DNA of 47,822 nucleotides from Candidatus Saccharimonadia bacterium (GTDB taxonomy: Bacteria > Patescibacteriota > Saccharimonadia > CAILAD01 > BJGX01), in contig JBIIIT010000002.1 in assembly GCA_044234435.1 (NCBI GenBank), forward strand, positions 1 through 47,822. Direction: 5' to 3'. Of the stretch, positions 1 through 10,375 are shown one piece after another. Numbering within the stretch: position 1 is the stretch's first letter; the number at the start of each line of letters is the position of its first letter. The translations under genes were made by a program, and so were the position numbers. The notes below the pieces were generated by a model. The model searched no databases. It was not told the DNA's origin and saw only the letters and a program-made list of their open reading frames with translations.

Positions 1-870
1 TGGCTAATTATAATACCTGGTGTCGTTGTGTCTTTGCTGGCATTTTTCCAGGCTTTTTTAATTACTCCAGAGACACTTGAAAAAATTGGCTACACTGCCG
101 CAACCATCAACCCCAGACAAATTATTGATGGTTCCATAAATTTTCTCAGGTCTTTTTCTACGCTTGGAGGGCCAAACCAGCTAGGAGCTTATCTTTTAAT
201 ACCATTAGCATTCTCGCTAGTGTACGGAATTAGACAGAAAAAGTGGTTTGTACTGTTACCTTCAATGCTAATTTTAGCGGCAATAGTACTGAGTTTTTCA
301 AGAAGTGCCTGGATTGGAGCAATTATAACATTTAGTCTTTCAGTATTTTTATCAATTTCAAAAAAACAAAAAATTTATTTCTTAATAATATCGCTTCTAG
401 TGGCTTTTATTGTAGGCGGAACAATTGCTAGTCAAATTGGAACGAATGAAAGACTGCAGAATGTTTTGCTTCATGGTAGGGTTTTTGAAGGTCGCATAGA
501 AGGATCGGATCAAGGAAGGCTTGAATCTATTGCCAGAATTGCAGGTGAAGTTACGGCCAGGCCTTTTGGGCACGGTTTAGGTTCTGCTGGTCCTGCCAGC
601 TTCAGATCTGAAAACCCAATAATTCCCGAAAACTGGTTTTTGCAAATTGGATATGAAATAGGTATAGCCGGACTACTTTTGTACATTTTTGCTTTTGCGG
701 CATTGCTTGGAGAATTTATCCGCAATCGTAGTAACAATTTGGCTATAACTTTATTTTCTATTACAGCGGGCGTTTTAGTAATAAATATATTCTTGCAGGC
801 CTGGGCAGATTCAACATTGGCTCTAATGATGTTTGCGCTTTACGGAATCTATAGGTCTAATAATAAATGA
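1..870 (+). CDS. O-antigen ligase (Wzy_C)-like polytopic membrane protein, 5' end probably outside window
   Basis: Reading frame is open from nt 1 (no stop before the GTG at 28). Multi-TM protein with an SFSRSAWIG-type loop typical of O-antigen-ligase-like proteins. Stop overlaps the next start (ATGA at 867-870). Confidence 0.6.
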   Translation, partial: WLIIIPGVVVSLLAFFQAFLITPETLEKIGYTAATINPRQIIDGSINFLRSFSTLGGPNQLGAYLLIPLAFSLVYGIRQKKWFVLLPSMLILAAIVLSFSRSAWIGAIITFSLSVFLSISKKQKIYFLIISLLVAFIVGGTIASQIGTNERLQNVLLHGRVFEGRIEGSDQGRLESIARIAGEVTARPFGHGLGSAGPASFRSENPIIPENWFLQIGYEIGIAGLLLYIFAFAALLGEFIRNRSNNLAITLFSITAGVLVINIFLQAWADSTLALMMFALYGIYRSNNK

Positions 871-1973
871 AAGTAGCAATTTTACACGACTGGCTTAATC
901 AAAAGGTAGGGGGTGCCGAAGCAGTGCTTTTTCAGTTAGCAGAAATGTATCCAGGGGCAGATATTTACACAATTATCTACAACCCTAAAAAATTCGACAA
1001 GTATTTATCAGACAGAAATATTAAAACCAGCAAATTGCAAAAACTGCCTAATTTTTTTAAGAAGCGACCGAAACTTCTTTTGCCTTTTGTAAAAAATGCA
1101 GTCGAAAGCTTTGATCTTTCTGGATACGATTTAATTATTTCCTCTTCTTCTGCATGGGTAAAAAACGCAAATATCCCAAGCGAAGCAAGACACGTTTGTT
1201 ACTGCTACAGTCCTGCAAGAATGCTTTGGGATAGCTGGCCAAAGTACGTTGATGAGATAAAAATAGGACCCGTTTTGAAATTTTATATTATTAAGCTGGC
1301 CTCACAGCTGAGGATTTGGGACTACTACAAATCTCAAGAAGGGACTGAATTTATCGCAATAAGCAATCATGTCTCTGGGCGGATAAGAAAATTTTATCGA
1401 TTAGACAGCCTCGTAATTTATCCTCCTCTCAATCTTAAGCCTTTTATCAATCCAACAAAGGAATATACAAAAAAAGACTATTATCTAATTGTCTCAATCC
1501 TGGCTAAATACAAAAATATAGAGCTAGCCATTAAGGCCTTCAAGGATTCTGGCAAAAATTTGGTTATTGCAGGTGATGGACCAGATCTAAAACGACTTAA
1601 AGAAATCGCCGCCGATCATGAAAACATAGTATTTCTAGGTAGAGTTTCTGATAATCATAAAACCAGGCTTATGCGTGAGGCCAAGGGCTTTATATTCACA
1701 AATGTAGAGGATTTCGGGATTACCATGGTTGAATCTATCGCTTCAGGAACTGGAGTAATTGCACTTTCGGGTGGTGGCGCTAATGAAATCATTAAAGATG
1801 GTAAGACAGGAGTTTTTTACAAAGAACCTAACGAAGAATATCTTAACCGAGCTATAGTTAAATATGAAAAGACAATTCTTTCTGGCGGTAGATTTAATAA
1901 TGATTACATTTCAAAAAAGTTTAGTGAGAATGTTTTTATGGAAAAATTCCAAGAGGTTATCAATGCTAAATAA
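867..1973 (+). CDS. Glycosyltransferase family 4 (GT-B, retaining)
   Basis: 368 aa. C-terminal EDFGITMVESIASGTGVIA...NEIIKDGKTG block matches the E-x7-E region of GT4/GT1 enzymes. Translationally coupled to the upstream gene. Confidence 0.8.
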   Translation: MKVAILHDWLNQKVGGAEAVLFQLAEMYPGADIYTIIYNPKKFDKYLSDRNIKTSKLQKLPNFFKKRPKLLLPFVKNAVESFDLSGYDLIISSSSAWVKNANIPSEARHVCYCYSPARMLWDSWPKYVDEIKIGPVLKFYIIKLASQLRIWDYYKSQEGTEFIAISNHVSGRIRKFYRLDSLVIYPPLNLKPFINPTKEYTKKDYYLIVSILAKYKNIELAIKAFKDSGKNLVIAGDGPDLKRLKEIAADHENIVFLGRVSDNHKTRLMREAKGFIFTNVEDFGITMVESIASGTGVIALSGGGANEIIKDGKTGVFYKEPNEEYLNRAIVKYEKTILSGGRFNNDYISKKFSENVFMEKFQEVINAK

Positions 1974-2787
1974 GTCTATTAAGATACTAGGCGTAAGGAT
2001 TGATATTTTTACAATCGAAGAAATAAATAATTTAATTATTAATAAAGCTTCGGAAAAATTTAATAAAAGTACAGTAATATTTAAGCCATACGTAGAGTTT
2101 TTGTCTTTGGCTTCAAAAAACTCAGATATCAAAAAACTTTTAAACTCTTCAGACATAAACATTGCTGATTCGGTAGCTATACAGTGGTCAGCAAGTTATT
2201 TGTATGGAGCCCCCAAAACTCACCCCAACTTTTTATCAGCATACTATAGCCTGCTTTTTAGGATGAAATCGAAAAAATGGCGCACCCAGATTGTCCCTGA
2301 GCGTATGGCTGGATTAGACCAAACCTTGCCACTATTAAAATTAGCGAACTCCAAAAATCTCAAAATTGGAATTATAGGGGGGCCTAAAGATATCGAATCA
2401 ACTAAGAAGGAAATTAGCAAGAGATTCAAAAATTTAAGTGTGCATATTTGGTCGGGTTATTTTTCAGAATCCAGCGAAGAAGAAATAGTAAAAGATATCG
2501 CAAAGAAAAATCTTGATATTTTGTTTTGTGCCATGGGCTTTCCCAGACAAGAAAAATTTATAATCAACCACCGCAACGAACTTCACTCCAAGGTAATTAT
2601 TGGGGAGGGCGGAAGTTTTGATTACGATCAATTGGGAGGCGGCATCAAAAGGGCTCCCGCATGGATGCGAAAAGCTGGCCTGGAGTGGTTATGGAGACTT
2701 ATGCTTCAGCCAAAACGCATAAGGCGCCAGTTAGCTATCCCTAGCTTCATATCTAAAATTACAAAAGCCAAGAAATCCACAAAATAA
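1963..2787 (+). CDS. WecB/TagA/CpsF family glycosyltransferase (GT26)
   Basis: Protein starts MLNKSIKILGVRIDIFT and ends with GLEWLWRLMLQPKRIRRQ, both typical of GT26. I chose the ATG at 1963 rather than the track start at 1864, which would overlap the previous CDS by 110 nt. Confidence 0.75.
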   Translation: MLNKSIKILGVRIDIFTIEEINNLIINKASEKFNKSTVIFKPYVEFLSLASKNSDIKKLLNSSDINIADSVAIQWSASYLYGAPKTHPNFLSAYYSLLFRMKSKKWRTQIVPERMAGLDQTLPLLKLANSKNLKIGIIGGPKDIESTKKEISKRFKNLSVHIWSGYFSESSEEEIVKDIAKKNLDILFCAMGFPRQEKFIINHRNELHSKVIIGEGGSFDYDQLGGGIKRAPAWMRKAGLEWLWRLMLQPKRIRRQLAIPSFISKITKAKKSTK

Positions 2788-2832
2788 CTTTACGCTTATG
2801 CCTGTTTAATTTATAATGGTTATATCTAAAGG

Positions 2833-4098
2833 GTGAGTATGATAGAACTAAGCAAATGTCCAAATTGTTCAGAAGATGAAAGAGTAACTATTGCAGGAAA
2901 AGAATTCTGCATGCGTTGCGGTACCCCCTCTGAAGACAATGCAATGATGGGTGTCAATCAGGCCCAGCCTGAAGCTAATCAGGGCACAGATCCAGCGCCT
3001 GTCGTCGACCAGTCTGCCGTTCAGAAGTTTTCTGAAGTGCAAACGCCACCATCTCAGATTGAAAATACAAGCCCCGCTTCATCTATCGGAGAGTTTGTGC
3101 CTCCACCAAGAATGGAAGTCGCAGCTATGAACTCTAGTCCCGTAAACAATGCTGCCGAAGCACCTATAGCTCAAAATCAGCCTTCTATTTCAAGTCCTAT
3201 TCCAATCGTCCCAGTAACACCTCCGCCCATACAGCCACCAGCCAATGTGATGCCCCAGGTTGCTGCAATGGGCACAATGTCTCTAGACAAAAAGCAGCCT
3301 GGAGTTCTCTCTGATGACCAATTTGATCAGCTTACTGCATCGGTAAATTCTGCAGTTGCACCTACTGCCCAAGCTCCTATTGTGAATAATTCGACAGTAA
3401 CTTCAGTGCCAGATTCTTCCGGCAAACCTGGTGCCGAATTAGAAAATAAAAACATTCCCATTACAGATCCAATTGGAGCCCAGGATTTAAATAATACCCA
3501 TCAGCAAGTGTCAGCAGAGCCTGTTAAATCTAAGCTCGCAATGTCTACAGATATTTACTCTAACGACAACAAAGCCCCAGCAGCTGAAACCCACGACCAA
3601 GGTAAGGGCACTGAGCCTAAAAAGAAATCAGCTGCCAAGGTCGCTAAGCCTGTTGCAATTGCAGTTAGTATTGCCGCACTTTTTGCTACAGGTGCCTATA
3701 TTTGGAAGGTAAATTATCCCAGTCTTGCATTCAAAATAGCTAGTGCTAAGGCTGGAATTAGTGCCACTATGCCGGGCTATGTTCCTGCAGGCTACAATCT
3801 AGGAGGCAGGATACAGACAAATCCAGGGACTGTAAGCTATAGCCTGCTTGGTAATTCAAACGATAATCGTATTAGTGTCACTCAAACCAAAACAGACTGG
3901 GATAGCCAAGCACTCGCAGAAAATTACGTCGCCCCTAAGGCCGAAAACTATCTTGCCCTTCAGGCTCAGGGTCTTACAATCTACGTGATGGGAAAAAACG
4001 AAGCCACTTGGGTCAATAAGGGCACATGGTATAAGCTGGATGGTAAAGGCCAAGAGCTTAATCAAGATCAAATAATCAAGATAGCGACTAGCTTATGA
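2833..4098 (+). CDS. Zinc-ribbon / Pro-rich / single-TM protein with DUF4367-like C-terminal domain
   Basis: N-terminal CPNC...CMRCG zinc ribbon, long Pro/Gln-rich linker and one TM (VAIAVSIAALFATGAYIW). The C-terminal domain has a PGYVPAGY...VSYSL...ISVTQTK pattern as in DUF4367 anti-sigma-like proteins. The start could be ATG 2839 instead. Confidence 0.6.
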   Translation: MSMIELSKCPNCSEDERVTIAGKEFCMRCGTPSEDNAMMGVNQAQPEANQGTDPAPVVDQSAVQKFSEVQTPPSQIENTSPASSIGEFVPPPRMEVAAMNSSPVNNAAEAPIAQNQPSISSPIPIVPVTPPPIQPPANVMPQVAAMGTMSLDKKQPGVLSDDQFDQLTASVNSAVAPTAQAPIVNNSTVTSVPDSSGKPGAELENKNIPITDPIGAQDLNNTHQQVSAEPVKSKLAMSTDIYSNDNKAPAAETHDQGKGTEPKKKSAAKVAKPVAIAVSIAALFATGAYIWKVNYPSLAFKIASAKAGISATMPGYVPAGYNLGGRIQTNPGTVSYSLLGNSNDNRISVTQTKTDWDSQALAENYVAPKAENYLALQAQGLTIYVMGKNEATWVNKGTWYKLDGKGQELNQDQIIKIATSL

Positions 4099-4436
4099 AC
4101 GACAGGGCATGGGGGGAGCTTGTCGACCTAATAGACGAACAGTATGTTATTGATAATTCCGATCGACGAGAAGAATCTTTAGAGGACGATAAGAAGCTCA
4201 AGCAAACTGTAGAATCTATTGAGTTTGAAAAGGACAATATCAAGTACAGAATAGAGCGTATTACGGGTCCGCGAATCATTGATAAAAAAACTTTTTACTC
4301 TGGCCATGGTTCAGCCAATAGAATCCAATATGTTTATGACCCAGATGAGACTAGCTCAAGAGTTGTTTTTTACAAACAGCTTGCTGACGGTCATTATAAT
4401 GAGATATCTCCAGAAGACCTGATGTCGGGTACCTAA
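4095..4436 (+). CDS. Hypothetical protein (113 aa)
   Basis: ORF start overlaps the upstream stop (ATGA). Coding-like composition, no recognisable motif. Confidence 0.5.
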   Translation: MNDRAWGELVDLIDEQYVIDNSDRREESLEDDKKLKQTVESIEFEKDNIKYRIERITGPRIIDKKTFYSGHGSANRIQYVYDPDETSSRVVFYKQLADGHYNEISPEDLMSGT

Positions 4437-4454
4437 TCTGGTATAATATCAGAT

Positions 4455-5870
4455 ATGGAAAATCCAGTAAGAGTTAGATTTGCCCCAAGCCCAACCGGCT
4501 TTTTACATATTGGCGGTATTCGCACCGCACTTTTTAATTATCTTTTTGCTAAGGCTAACGGTGGGAAGTTTATTTTGCGCCTTGAAGACACCGACCGCGA
4601 ACGGTTCGTCGAAGAGGGTGTTGAGCAGATTATCAAATCACTCGACTGGCTGGGATTGCACCCAGATGAAGGCGTTTGGTATGAGGAAAAACCAGGCGAG
4701 CATGGGCCTTACGTTCAATCAAAACGGCTTAATCATTACGAGGAATACGCTAAATATCTGGTTGATGAGGGATTGGCTTATTATTCGCAGGCCACGCCTG
4801 AGCAAATCGAATCTTTAAAAGCCGAAGCTATTAAAGAAAAGCGCCCGTTTGTATACAAACACACAATGGAGCCCGAAGCCGGACCAGTATCGACCGGGGG
4901 GCTTCCAATTAGATTAAAAGTCCCCGAAGGTAAAATAAATTGGAAAGACGAAGTTCGTGGAGAGTTCGAAACTAACAATGAAATAATTGATGATTTTATT
5001 ATCATAAAGGCCGACGGCTATCCGACATACAACTTTGCCAATGTAATCGATGATCATCTTATGAAAATAACTCATGTTATAAGAGGCGACGAGTTTATTA
5101 GTAGCACCGCAAAGCACGCACTTTTGTATGATCTTTTAGGATTCGATAGACCAGCTTTTGTGCATTTGGCGCCAATACTTGGTCCCGATGGTAAAAAGAA
5201 GCTCAGTAAGCGAGATGGTGACGTTAACGTATTAGAGTACAAAGCAAAAGGGTATCTGCCGGAGGCTATACTGAACTTTTTAGCTTTACTAGGATGGAAT
5301 GATGGATCCACCCAAGAAATATTTACCCCTGAAGAATTAACAGAAAAATTCTCTATCGATAGAATACAAAAAAGCCCTGCAGTGTTTGATATTAACCGAC
5401 TAGACTGGATGAATGGCGAATACTTGCGTAATAACCTCAGCGACGAAGAACTTTTTGAATATATCAAACCATTTGTGCCAGAGTCTTGGCTTAGTGATAT
5501 GCATTATTTTAAGTCTGTACTGGAACTTGATAAAGAACGCATCAAACGCTTTGACGAAGCAAGATATATTATGGAGATATTTTTTGAAACTCCGCAAGTA
5601 TCTAAAGATTTACTATGCAAAAAGGATGACATCGAAACTATAAGAGGGTGGATTGGTAAAGCTGTAGATTCTATTGAAAACATAGACTTTAGTCATGATG
5701 AAGTCGAAAGAGCATTGCGTGAACTTACCGAAGAGCTTGGTGTCCAAACGGGTAGACTATTTTATGTGCTACGAGTCGGCCTTACTGGCAGAACAGAAGC
5801 CCCGGGGCTATTTGATATTTTCGTAACTTTAGGTAAAGATGAGTCAATAAAACGGCTAAAAAGCATTTAG
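4455..5870 (+). CDS. gltX: Glutamate--tRNA ligase
   Basis: RFAPSPTGFLHIGG (HIGH) and KLSKRDG (KMSKS) class I motifs. Length of 471 aa fits bacterial GluRS. Confidence 0.95.
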   Translation: MENPVRVRFAPSPTGFLHIGGIRTALFNYLFAKANGGKFILRLEDTDRERFVEEGVEQIIKSLDWLGLHPDEGVWYEEKPGEHGPYVQSKRLNHYEEYAKYLVDEGLAYYSQATPEQIESLKAEAIKEKRPFVYKHTMEPEAGPVSTGGLPIRLKVPEGKINWKDEVRGEFETNNEIIDDFIIIKADGYPTYNFANVIDDHLMKITHVIRGDEFISSTAKHALLYDLLGFDRPAFVHLAPILGPDGKKKLSKRDGDVNVLEYKAKGYLPEAILNFLALLGWNDGSTQEIFTPEELTEKFSIDRIQKSPAVFDINRLDWMNGEYLRNNLSDEELFEYIKPFVPESWLSDMHYFKSVLELDKERIKRFDEARYIMEIFFETPQVSKDLLCKKDDIETIRGWIGKAVDSIENIDFSHDEVERALRELTEELGVQTGRLFYVLRVGLTGRTEAPGLFDIFVTLGKDESIKRLKSI

Positions 5871-5872
5871 CG

Positions 5873-6514
5873 ATGAAATATATATTATTTTCACATGGCT
5901 TTGGTGTGCGCAAAGACAGCAAGGGCATGTTTACAGATATTGCAAAGGCCTTTCCGGCCTATAAGCCTGTGATGTTCGACTACAATAATTATGACAGCAA
6001 AACCAATACAATCACGGTTCTTAGCTACAAAAAGCAAGCTAAAATAATTAAATCTCATATATCTAGAATTGATAAAAAAGATCGTAATGCTGAAATCATT
6101 ATCATTGCTCATTCTCAGGGGGCAATTGTGGCTGGGCTTTGCAATAAAAAAACTTTCAAGGCTGTACTGCTGGCGCCACCTACCACCGTATCTGCTCGTC
6201 GCTCAAAACTAAGGCCAAATCGAAAAGTTTTAAAGAATGGCTCTGTAATGATATTTAAAAAAGATGGCAGTAAAATTCTATTAACAACTGCCTTTATGCT
6301 TGGTTTAAGATTTACTAACCCCCTAAGAATATATGAAAGGCTAGCCCTGCGTGAACGAACGATAATTATTGCGGCTAAACAAGACGAAATGGTAAATAAT
6401 TTAAATCTGCACAAAGTCCGTAGTGCTGAATTATATGAGATCGATGGCGATCATAACTTCACCGGCAAATATAGAAAAGGCCTCATAGAGACCCTTTCTA
6501 AAATTTTAACCTAA
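5873..6514 (+). CDS. Alpha/beta hydrolase fold protein
   Basis: 213 aa with an AHSQGA nucleophile elbow (GxSxG-like) and a late DGDH motif. Starts 2 nt after the gltX stop. Confidence 0.6.
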   Translation: MKYILFSHGFGVRKDSKGMFTDIAKAFPAYKPVMFDYNNYDSKTNTITVLSYKKQAKIIKSHISRIDKKDRNAEIIIIAHSQGAIVAGLCNKKTFKAVLLAPPTTVSARRSKLRPNRKVLKNGSVMIFKKDGSKILLTTAFMLGLRFTNPLRIYERLALRERTIIIAAKQDEMVNNLNLHKVRSAELYEIDGDHNFTGKYRKGLIETLSKILT

Positions 6515-6524
6515 TATTTCTTTT

Positions 6525-7559
6525 CTAATCCCAGTCCAGAGTTCCGCCGGTTTGGTATTCGATAACGCGAGTTTCGAAGAAGTTCTTTTCTTTAGAAAGG
6601 TCGGCTGCTTCGCTCATCCATGGGAATGGGTTTTTGGTGTGGAATTGTTTTGGTAAGCCTACTGAAGCTAGGCGACGGTCGGCAACGTGCTCAATATATT
6701 GCTTGAAACCGTCGGCATTCATTCCGAAGATTCCATTCGGGAATACATCCTGTGCATAGCTATATTCTAACTTGGCAGCCTCTTTAACTAGATCGATGAT
6801 TCGCTGTTGGAATTCGTCGGTCCAAAGCTCTGGTTGTTCTTCCTTAATGGCGTTGATCATATTTATACCGAAGTTTAGGTGTTGAGATTCGTCGCGCATA
6901 ATGTATTGGATTTGCTCAGCACTGCCTACAAGCTTGTTTTGGCGTTGGAATCCGAAGATAACAGCAAAGCTTGAGTAGAAGAATATACCCTCTAATATAA
7001 GCGAGAAAACGCAGAGGTTTTCTAAAAACTTCTGATCATTTTCGAAAGTTCCTGTGTGGAAATTATCATCAAATATGCCCTCGTTAAAAGTAAGTATGAA
7101 CTTGGCCTTGCTGTAGTGGGATGCATTTTCTCGGTACATATTGAATATGCTTCCGCCGTCTAAGCCTAAGCTTTCTACGATGTACTGATAGGCATGGGTA
7201 TGGATTGCCTCTTCATAAGATTGGCGCAATAAGTACATGCGACACTCTGGACTTGAAATATGCTTATAGAATGCCAGAACTAAGTTATTTGCAGCGATTG
7301 AATCGGCCGTAGTAAAGAATCCGAGTGCTGTTTGGAATGCTTGGCGTTCATCATCACTTAGTTTATCTGATTTCCACAGCTCAATATCGTCTTGCATGGC
7401 GATTTCGGTCGGCAGCCAGTGGTTGGCATTACCGGCTAAATACGCATCCCATGCAAAGTTATGTTTCATTGGGTGTAATTGAATTACATCGGCATCTTCG
7501 CCATTAATTACTCTTCTTTTGTTGATGTCTGGTCGGACATCGGTCATCTTAAGTGACAT
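6525..7559 (-). CDS. nrdB: Ribonucleoside-diphosphate reductase beta subunit (class Ia R2)
   Basis: Di-iron ligand blocks EEAIHTHAY and RDESQHLNF. GGAGGG Shine-Dalgarno (SD) sequence upstream. Lies directly downstream of nrdA. Confidence 0.95.
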   Translation of the reverse strand: MSLKMTDVRPDINKRRVINGEDADVIQLHPMKHNFAWDAYLAGNANHWLPTEIAMQDDIELWKSDKLSDDERQAFQTALGFFTTADSIAANNLVLAFYKHISSPECRMYLLRQSYEEAIHTHAYQYIVESLGLDGGSIFNMYRENASHYSKAKFILTFNEGIFDDNFHTGTFENDQKFLENLCVFSLILEGIFFYSSFAVIFGFQRQNKLVGSAEQIQYIMRDESQHLNFGINMINAIKEEQPELWTDEFQQRIIDLVKEAAKLEYSYAQDVFPNGIFGMNADGFKQYIEHVADRRLASVGLPKQFHTKNPFPWMSEAADLSKEKNFFETRVIEYQTGGTLDWD

Positions 7560-7583
7560 AGTTTACCCTCCATTATTTTATTT

Positions 7584-10286
7584 TTACTCTGCTGTAGCTG
7601 CTGATTCGCGCTTGTGGGTGGCGCCGAATTCTGCAGTGTCTACGGTTGATTTTTCGACTTGTGATATGGCCAAACTTCTTAGGTAGTAAGTAGTCTTTAA
7701 GCCCTGTTCCCAGGCAGCCATATAGATATCGCTCAATTGCTTGCCGCTAACTCCATGCACAAAGATATTAAAGCTTTGGCTTTGGTCAATCCATTTGCCA
7801 CGGTGGGCAGTGATCTTAACGAGCGCTAGAGGATTGATTTCGAACACTTCTTTGTATTTATTTCGAAGCTTTTCTGGAATTTCGGTAATCTTTTGAATCG
7901 ATCCGTCGTGGAATTTAATTTTTTTGACCATTACTTCATTCCACATGTTTAGCTTTTTGAGATCTTCGATTAGATATGAGTTGATTACCGTAAAGTCACC
8001 GCTCATATTGGACTTAACATATAGATTTTTGTAAATTGGCTCGATGCATGGGTAGCAGCCAGCAATGTTTGAAATCGAGGCGGTCGGTGCAATGGCCATG
8101 GTGTTGGAGTTGCGCATACCATGCTTTTTGACATGGGATTTGGCGTATTTCCAATCAAGCTTACCGCCGCGCTTAACATCAATTTTGCGTCCACGTTCTT
8201 TTTCTAGCAGATCGACAGTGTCGGCTGGGAAGATTCCGCGCTCCCACTTAGAACCCTTAAAGCTCTTATATGCACCACGCTCTTTGGCAAGCTTACTTGA
8301 ACCCATGATGGCGTGGTAGCTAATAAGTTCCATCGATTCGTCGGCAAATTCTACAGCTTTGGCTGAGTCGAAGTTAATATCTAACATATAAAGCGCGTCC
8401 TGGAAGCCCATAATTCCCAATCCAACCGGTCTATGCTTGAGGTTCGAATTTTCACATTCCTTAGTGGTGTAGTAGCAAATGTCTACAACATTATCAAGCA
8501 TCCGCATAGCGAGTTCGGTAGTGTTTTCGATCAGCTCTTTATCAAGTTTGCCGGCTTTGATATGTTTAGCCATGTTGATCGAACCTAAGTTACAAACGGC
8601 CGTTTCTTCAGCGCTGTTATTAAGCGTAATTTCAGTACATAGATTGGAATTATGGATTACACCCTGATGGTCTTGAGGACTTCTAACGTTACAAGCATCT
8701 TTGAAGGTAATCCATGGGTGGCCGGTTTCAAATAGCATGGTTAGCATTTTGCGCCACAGTTGGATTGCGGGAATTTTGCGAAATAGGCTGATTTTGCCTT
8801 CTTCGGCCATTTTTTCATATTCTTCATAACGCTTTTTAAATGCAGCCCCATACAGGTTGTGTAGATCTGGAGTCTCGTCTGGGCTAAATAGCGTCCATGG
8901 TTCATCATTGGCAACGCGCTCCATAAATAAATCTGGAACCCAGTTGGCGGTGTTCATGTCGTGAGTACGACGACGCTCATCACCGGTGTTTTTGCGTAGC
9001 TCTAAGAAATCTTCGATATCTAAGTGCCAGGTTTCGAGGTAGGCGCAGGTTGCACCTTTACGTTTACCTGAACGACTAATTGCAACAGTAGTATCGTTCA
9101 TGATCTTTAAGAATGGAATCACACCCTGTGATGGAATATTAACAGTCTTAATTAGCGATCCGGTAGAGCGAATATTAGACCAGTCAGTAGCGATACCGCC
9201 AGAATATTTGCTCATTAGGGCGTTGTCCAGATAAACCTTAAATATATGCTTAAGATCGTCTTCGACAGTGTTTAGGAAGCAAGAGCTAAGCTGTGGCTTG
9301 CTGGTTCCTGAGTGGAAAAGGGTAGGGGTCGATGGAACATAACGAAGAGTAGATAGCACGTCGTAAAATTCCATTGCCCATTTTTCTTTATCCTTCTTTT
9401 CAGCAACTGCTAGACCCATAGCAATACGCATCCAGAAGCCTTGAGGAACCTCGAGGCGTCGGCCGCGACCCTGGGACTGTATAAAGTAGCGATCGTGAAG
9501 CATATCTAAGCCCATAAAGTCGAGCATATTGTCGCGTTCTGGCTTCATATATTCCGCAAGCTTCTTCAGGTCGAAAGCAAGTAGCCGCTTGTCTAGACGG
9601 CCGTCTTTTACGGTGTCCTTAATGAAGTTAATAAAGCTTTCCTGATAAATTTCTTCTGTGTTCTTTTTATATTCCTTACCCAGTACTTCTTTATATACTT
9701 TACGAAGCATTAAGCGAGCTGATAGTTGAGAATAGAGGGGGTCTGATTCGATTTGGGCCTTAGCGGCCATAATCATGGCGTCCTCTAGCTCGTCGTAGGT
9801 AATGCCGTCGTAAATACTGCCCTTAACTGCCTGGGCAATATCGTCTAGATCGACATCGTCGGCAATATCATCGGCAGCTTCGATGAGGTCCTTAACAAGC
9901 TTGGCGTAGCTGAAGTTTTCAAGGCTACCATCTGGCATAGTTACTTTTAAATTGCTCTGTTCGAGTTTTTCGGCTGAGCGAGCAGCTTCAGCCTCGCGCA
10001 TGGCTTTGTGTGTATCGCGATAAATGATAAATGCACGAACTGTTTTGTAATGACCATCCTTCATTAACTGTTGTTCGATAAGATCTTGTAGGGTTTCAAC
10101 ATCGGGTGTCGATTCGCTAAAGGCCTGCTCTGCTAGCACGATTACTTCGTTAACAACAGCTACAATATCTTCTTTGGTGGCTTCACCACCCGCGCTATCA
10201 CTAGCTTTTCCGATTGCCGTTTCGATTCGGCTGCGGTCAAAATCAACCATTTGGCCATTACGTTTTTTTATTTGCTCAAAACTCAT
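7584..10286 (-). CDS. nrdA: Ribonucleoside-diphosphate reductase alpha subunit with N-terminal ATP-cone (class Ia R1)
   Basis: ATP-cone start (KRNGQMVDFDRSRIETAI), active-site NLCTEI and C-terminal TTYYLRS. AAGGAGGG SD 6 nt upstream of the ATG. Confidence 0.95.
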   Translation of the reverse strand: MSFEQIKKRNGQMVDFDRSRIETAIGKASDSAGGEATKEDIVAVVNEVIVLAEQAFSESTPDVETLQDLIEQQLMKDGHYKTVRAFIIYRDTHKAMREAEAARSAEKLEQSNLKVTMPDGSLENFSYAKLVKDLIEAADDIADDVDLDDIAQAVKGSIYDGITYDELEDAMIMAAKAQIESDPLYSQLSARLMLRKVYKEVLGKEYKKNTEEIYQESFINFIKDTVKDGRLDKRLLAFDLKKLAEYMKPERDNMLDFMGLDMLHDRYFIQSQGRGRRLEVPQGFWMRIAMGLAVAEKKDKEKWAMEFYDVLSTLRYVPSTPTLFHSGTSKPQLSSCFLNTVEDDLKHIFKVYLDNALMSKYSGGIATDWSNIRSTGSLIKTVNIPSQGVIPFLKIMNDTTVAISRSGKRKGATCAYLETWHLDIEDFLELRKNTGDERRRTHDMNTANWVPDLFMERVANDEPWTLFSPDETPDLHNLYGAAFKKRYEEYEKMAEEGKISLFRKIPAIQLWRKMLTMLFETGHPWITFKDACNVRSPQDHQGVIHNSNLCTEITLNNSAEETAVCNLGSINMAKHIKAGKLDKELIENTTELAMRMLDNVVDICYYTTKECENSNLKHRPVGLGIMGFQDALYMLDINFDSAKAVEFADESMELISYHAIMGSSKLAKERGAYKSFKGSKWERGIFPADTVDLLEKERGRKIDVKRGGKLDWKYAKSHVKKHGMRNSNTMAIAPTASISNIAGCYPCIEPIYKNLYVKSNMSGDFTVINSYLIEDLKKLNMWNEVMVKKIKFHDGSIQKITEIPEKLRNKYKEVFEINPLALVKITAHRGKWIDQSQSFNIFVHGVSGKQLSDIYMAAWEQGLKTTYYLRSLAISQVEKSTVDTAEFGATHKRESAATAE

Positions 10287-10311
10287 CTTTACCCTCCTTT
10301 ATTGGTGTTTA

Positions 10312-10375
10312 TGTCTGTATATAGTGTTTTAAAGCTCTTATGCACCACTATATACATGCTTGTTATTTAGGTCAA
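10312..10375 (-). promoter_or_regulatory. Putative nrdAB promoter with two NrdR-box-like palindromes
   Basis: The minus strand reads TTGACC (10370-10375), a 17-nt spacer, then TATAGT (10347-10352). Two copies of CACTATATACA are in inverted orientation at 10312-10327 and 10343-10360. Their TATATA cores are centred about 31 bp apart. One copy overlaps the -10 and the other lies between the -10 and the SD. Confidence 0.5.

Noticed and set aside
1864-1962. N-terminal extension of the GT26 ORF in the track
   Set aside because: It would overlap the GT4 CDS by 110 nt. The family-typical N-terminus (MLNKSIKILGV) begins at the ATG at 1963.
7325-8667. Several 60-84-aa ORFs antisense or off-frame within nrdA and nrdB
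   Set aside because: They are embedded in strongly supported conserved CDSs and have no initiation signals.
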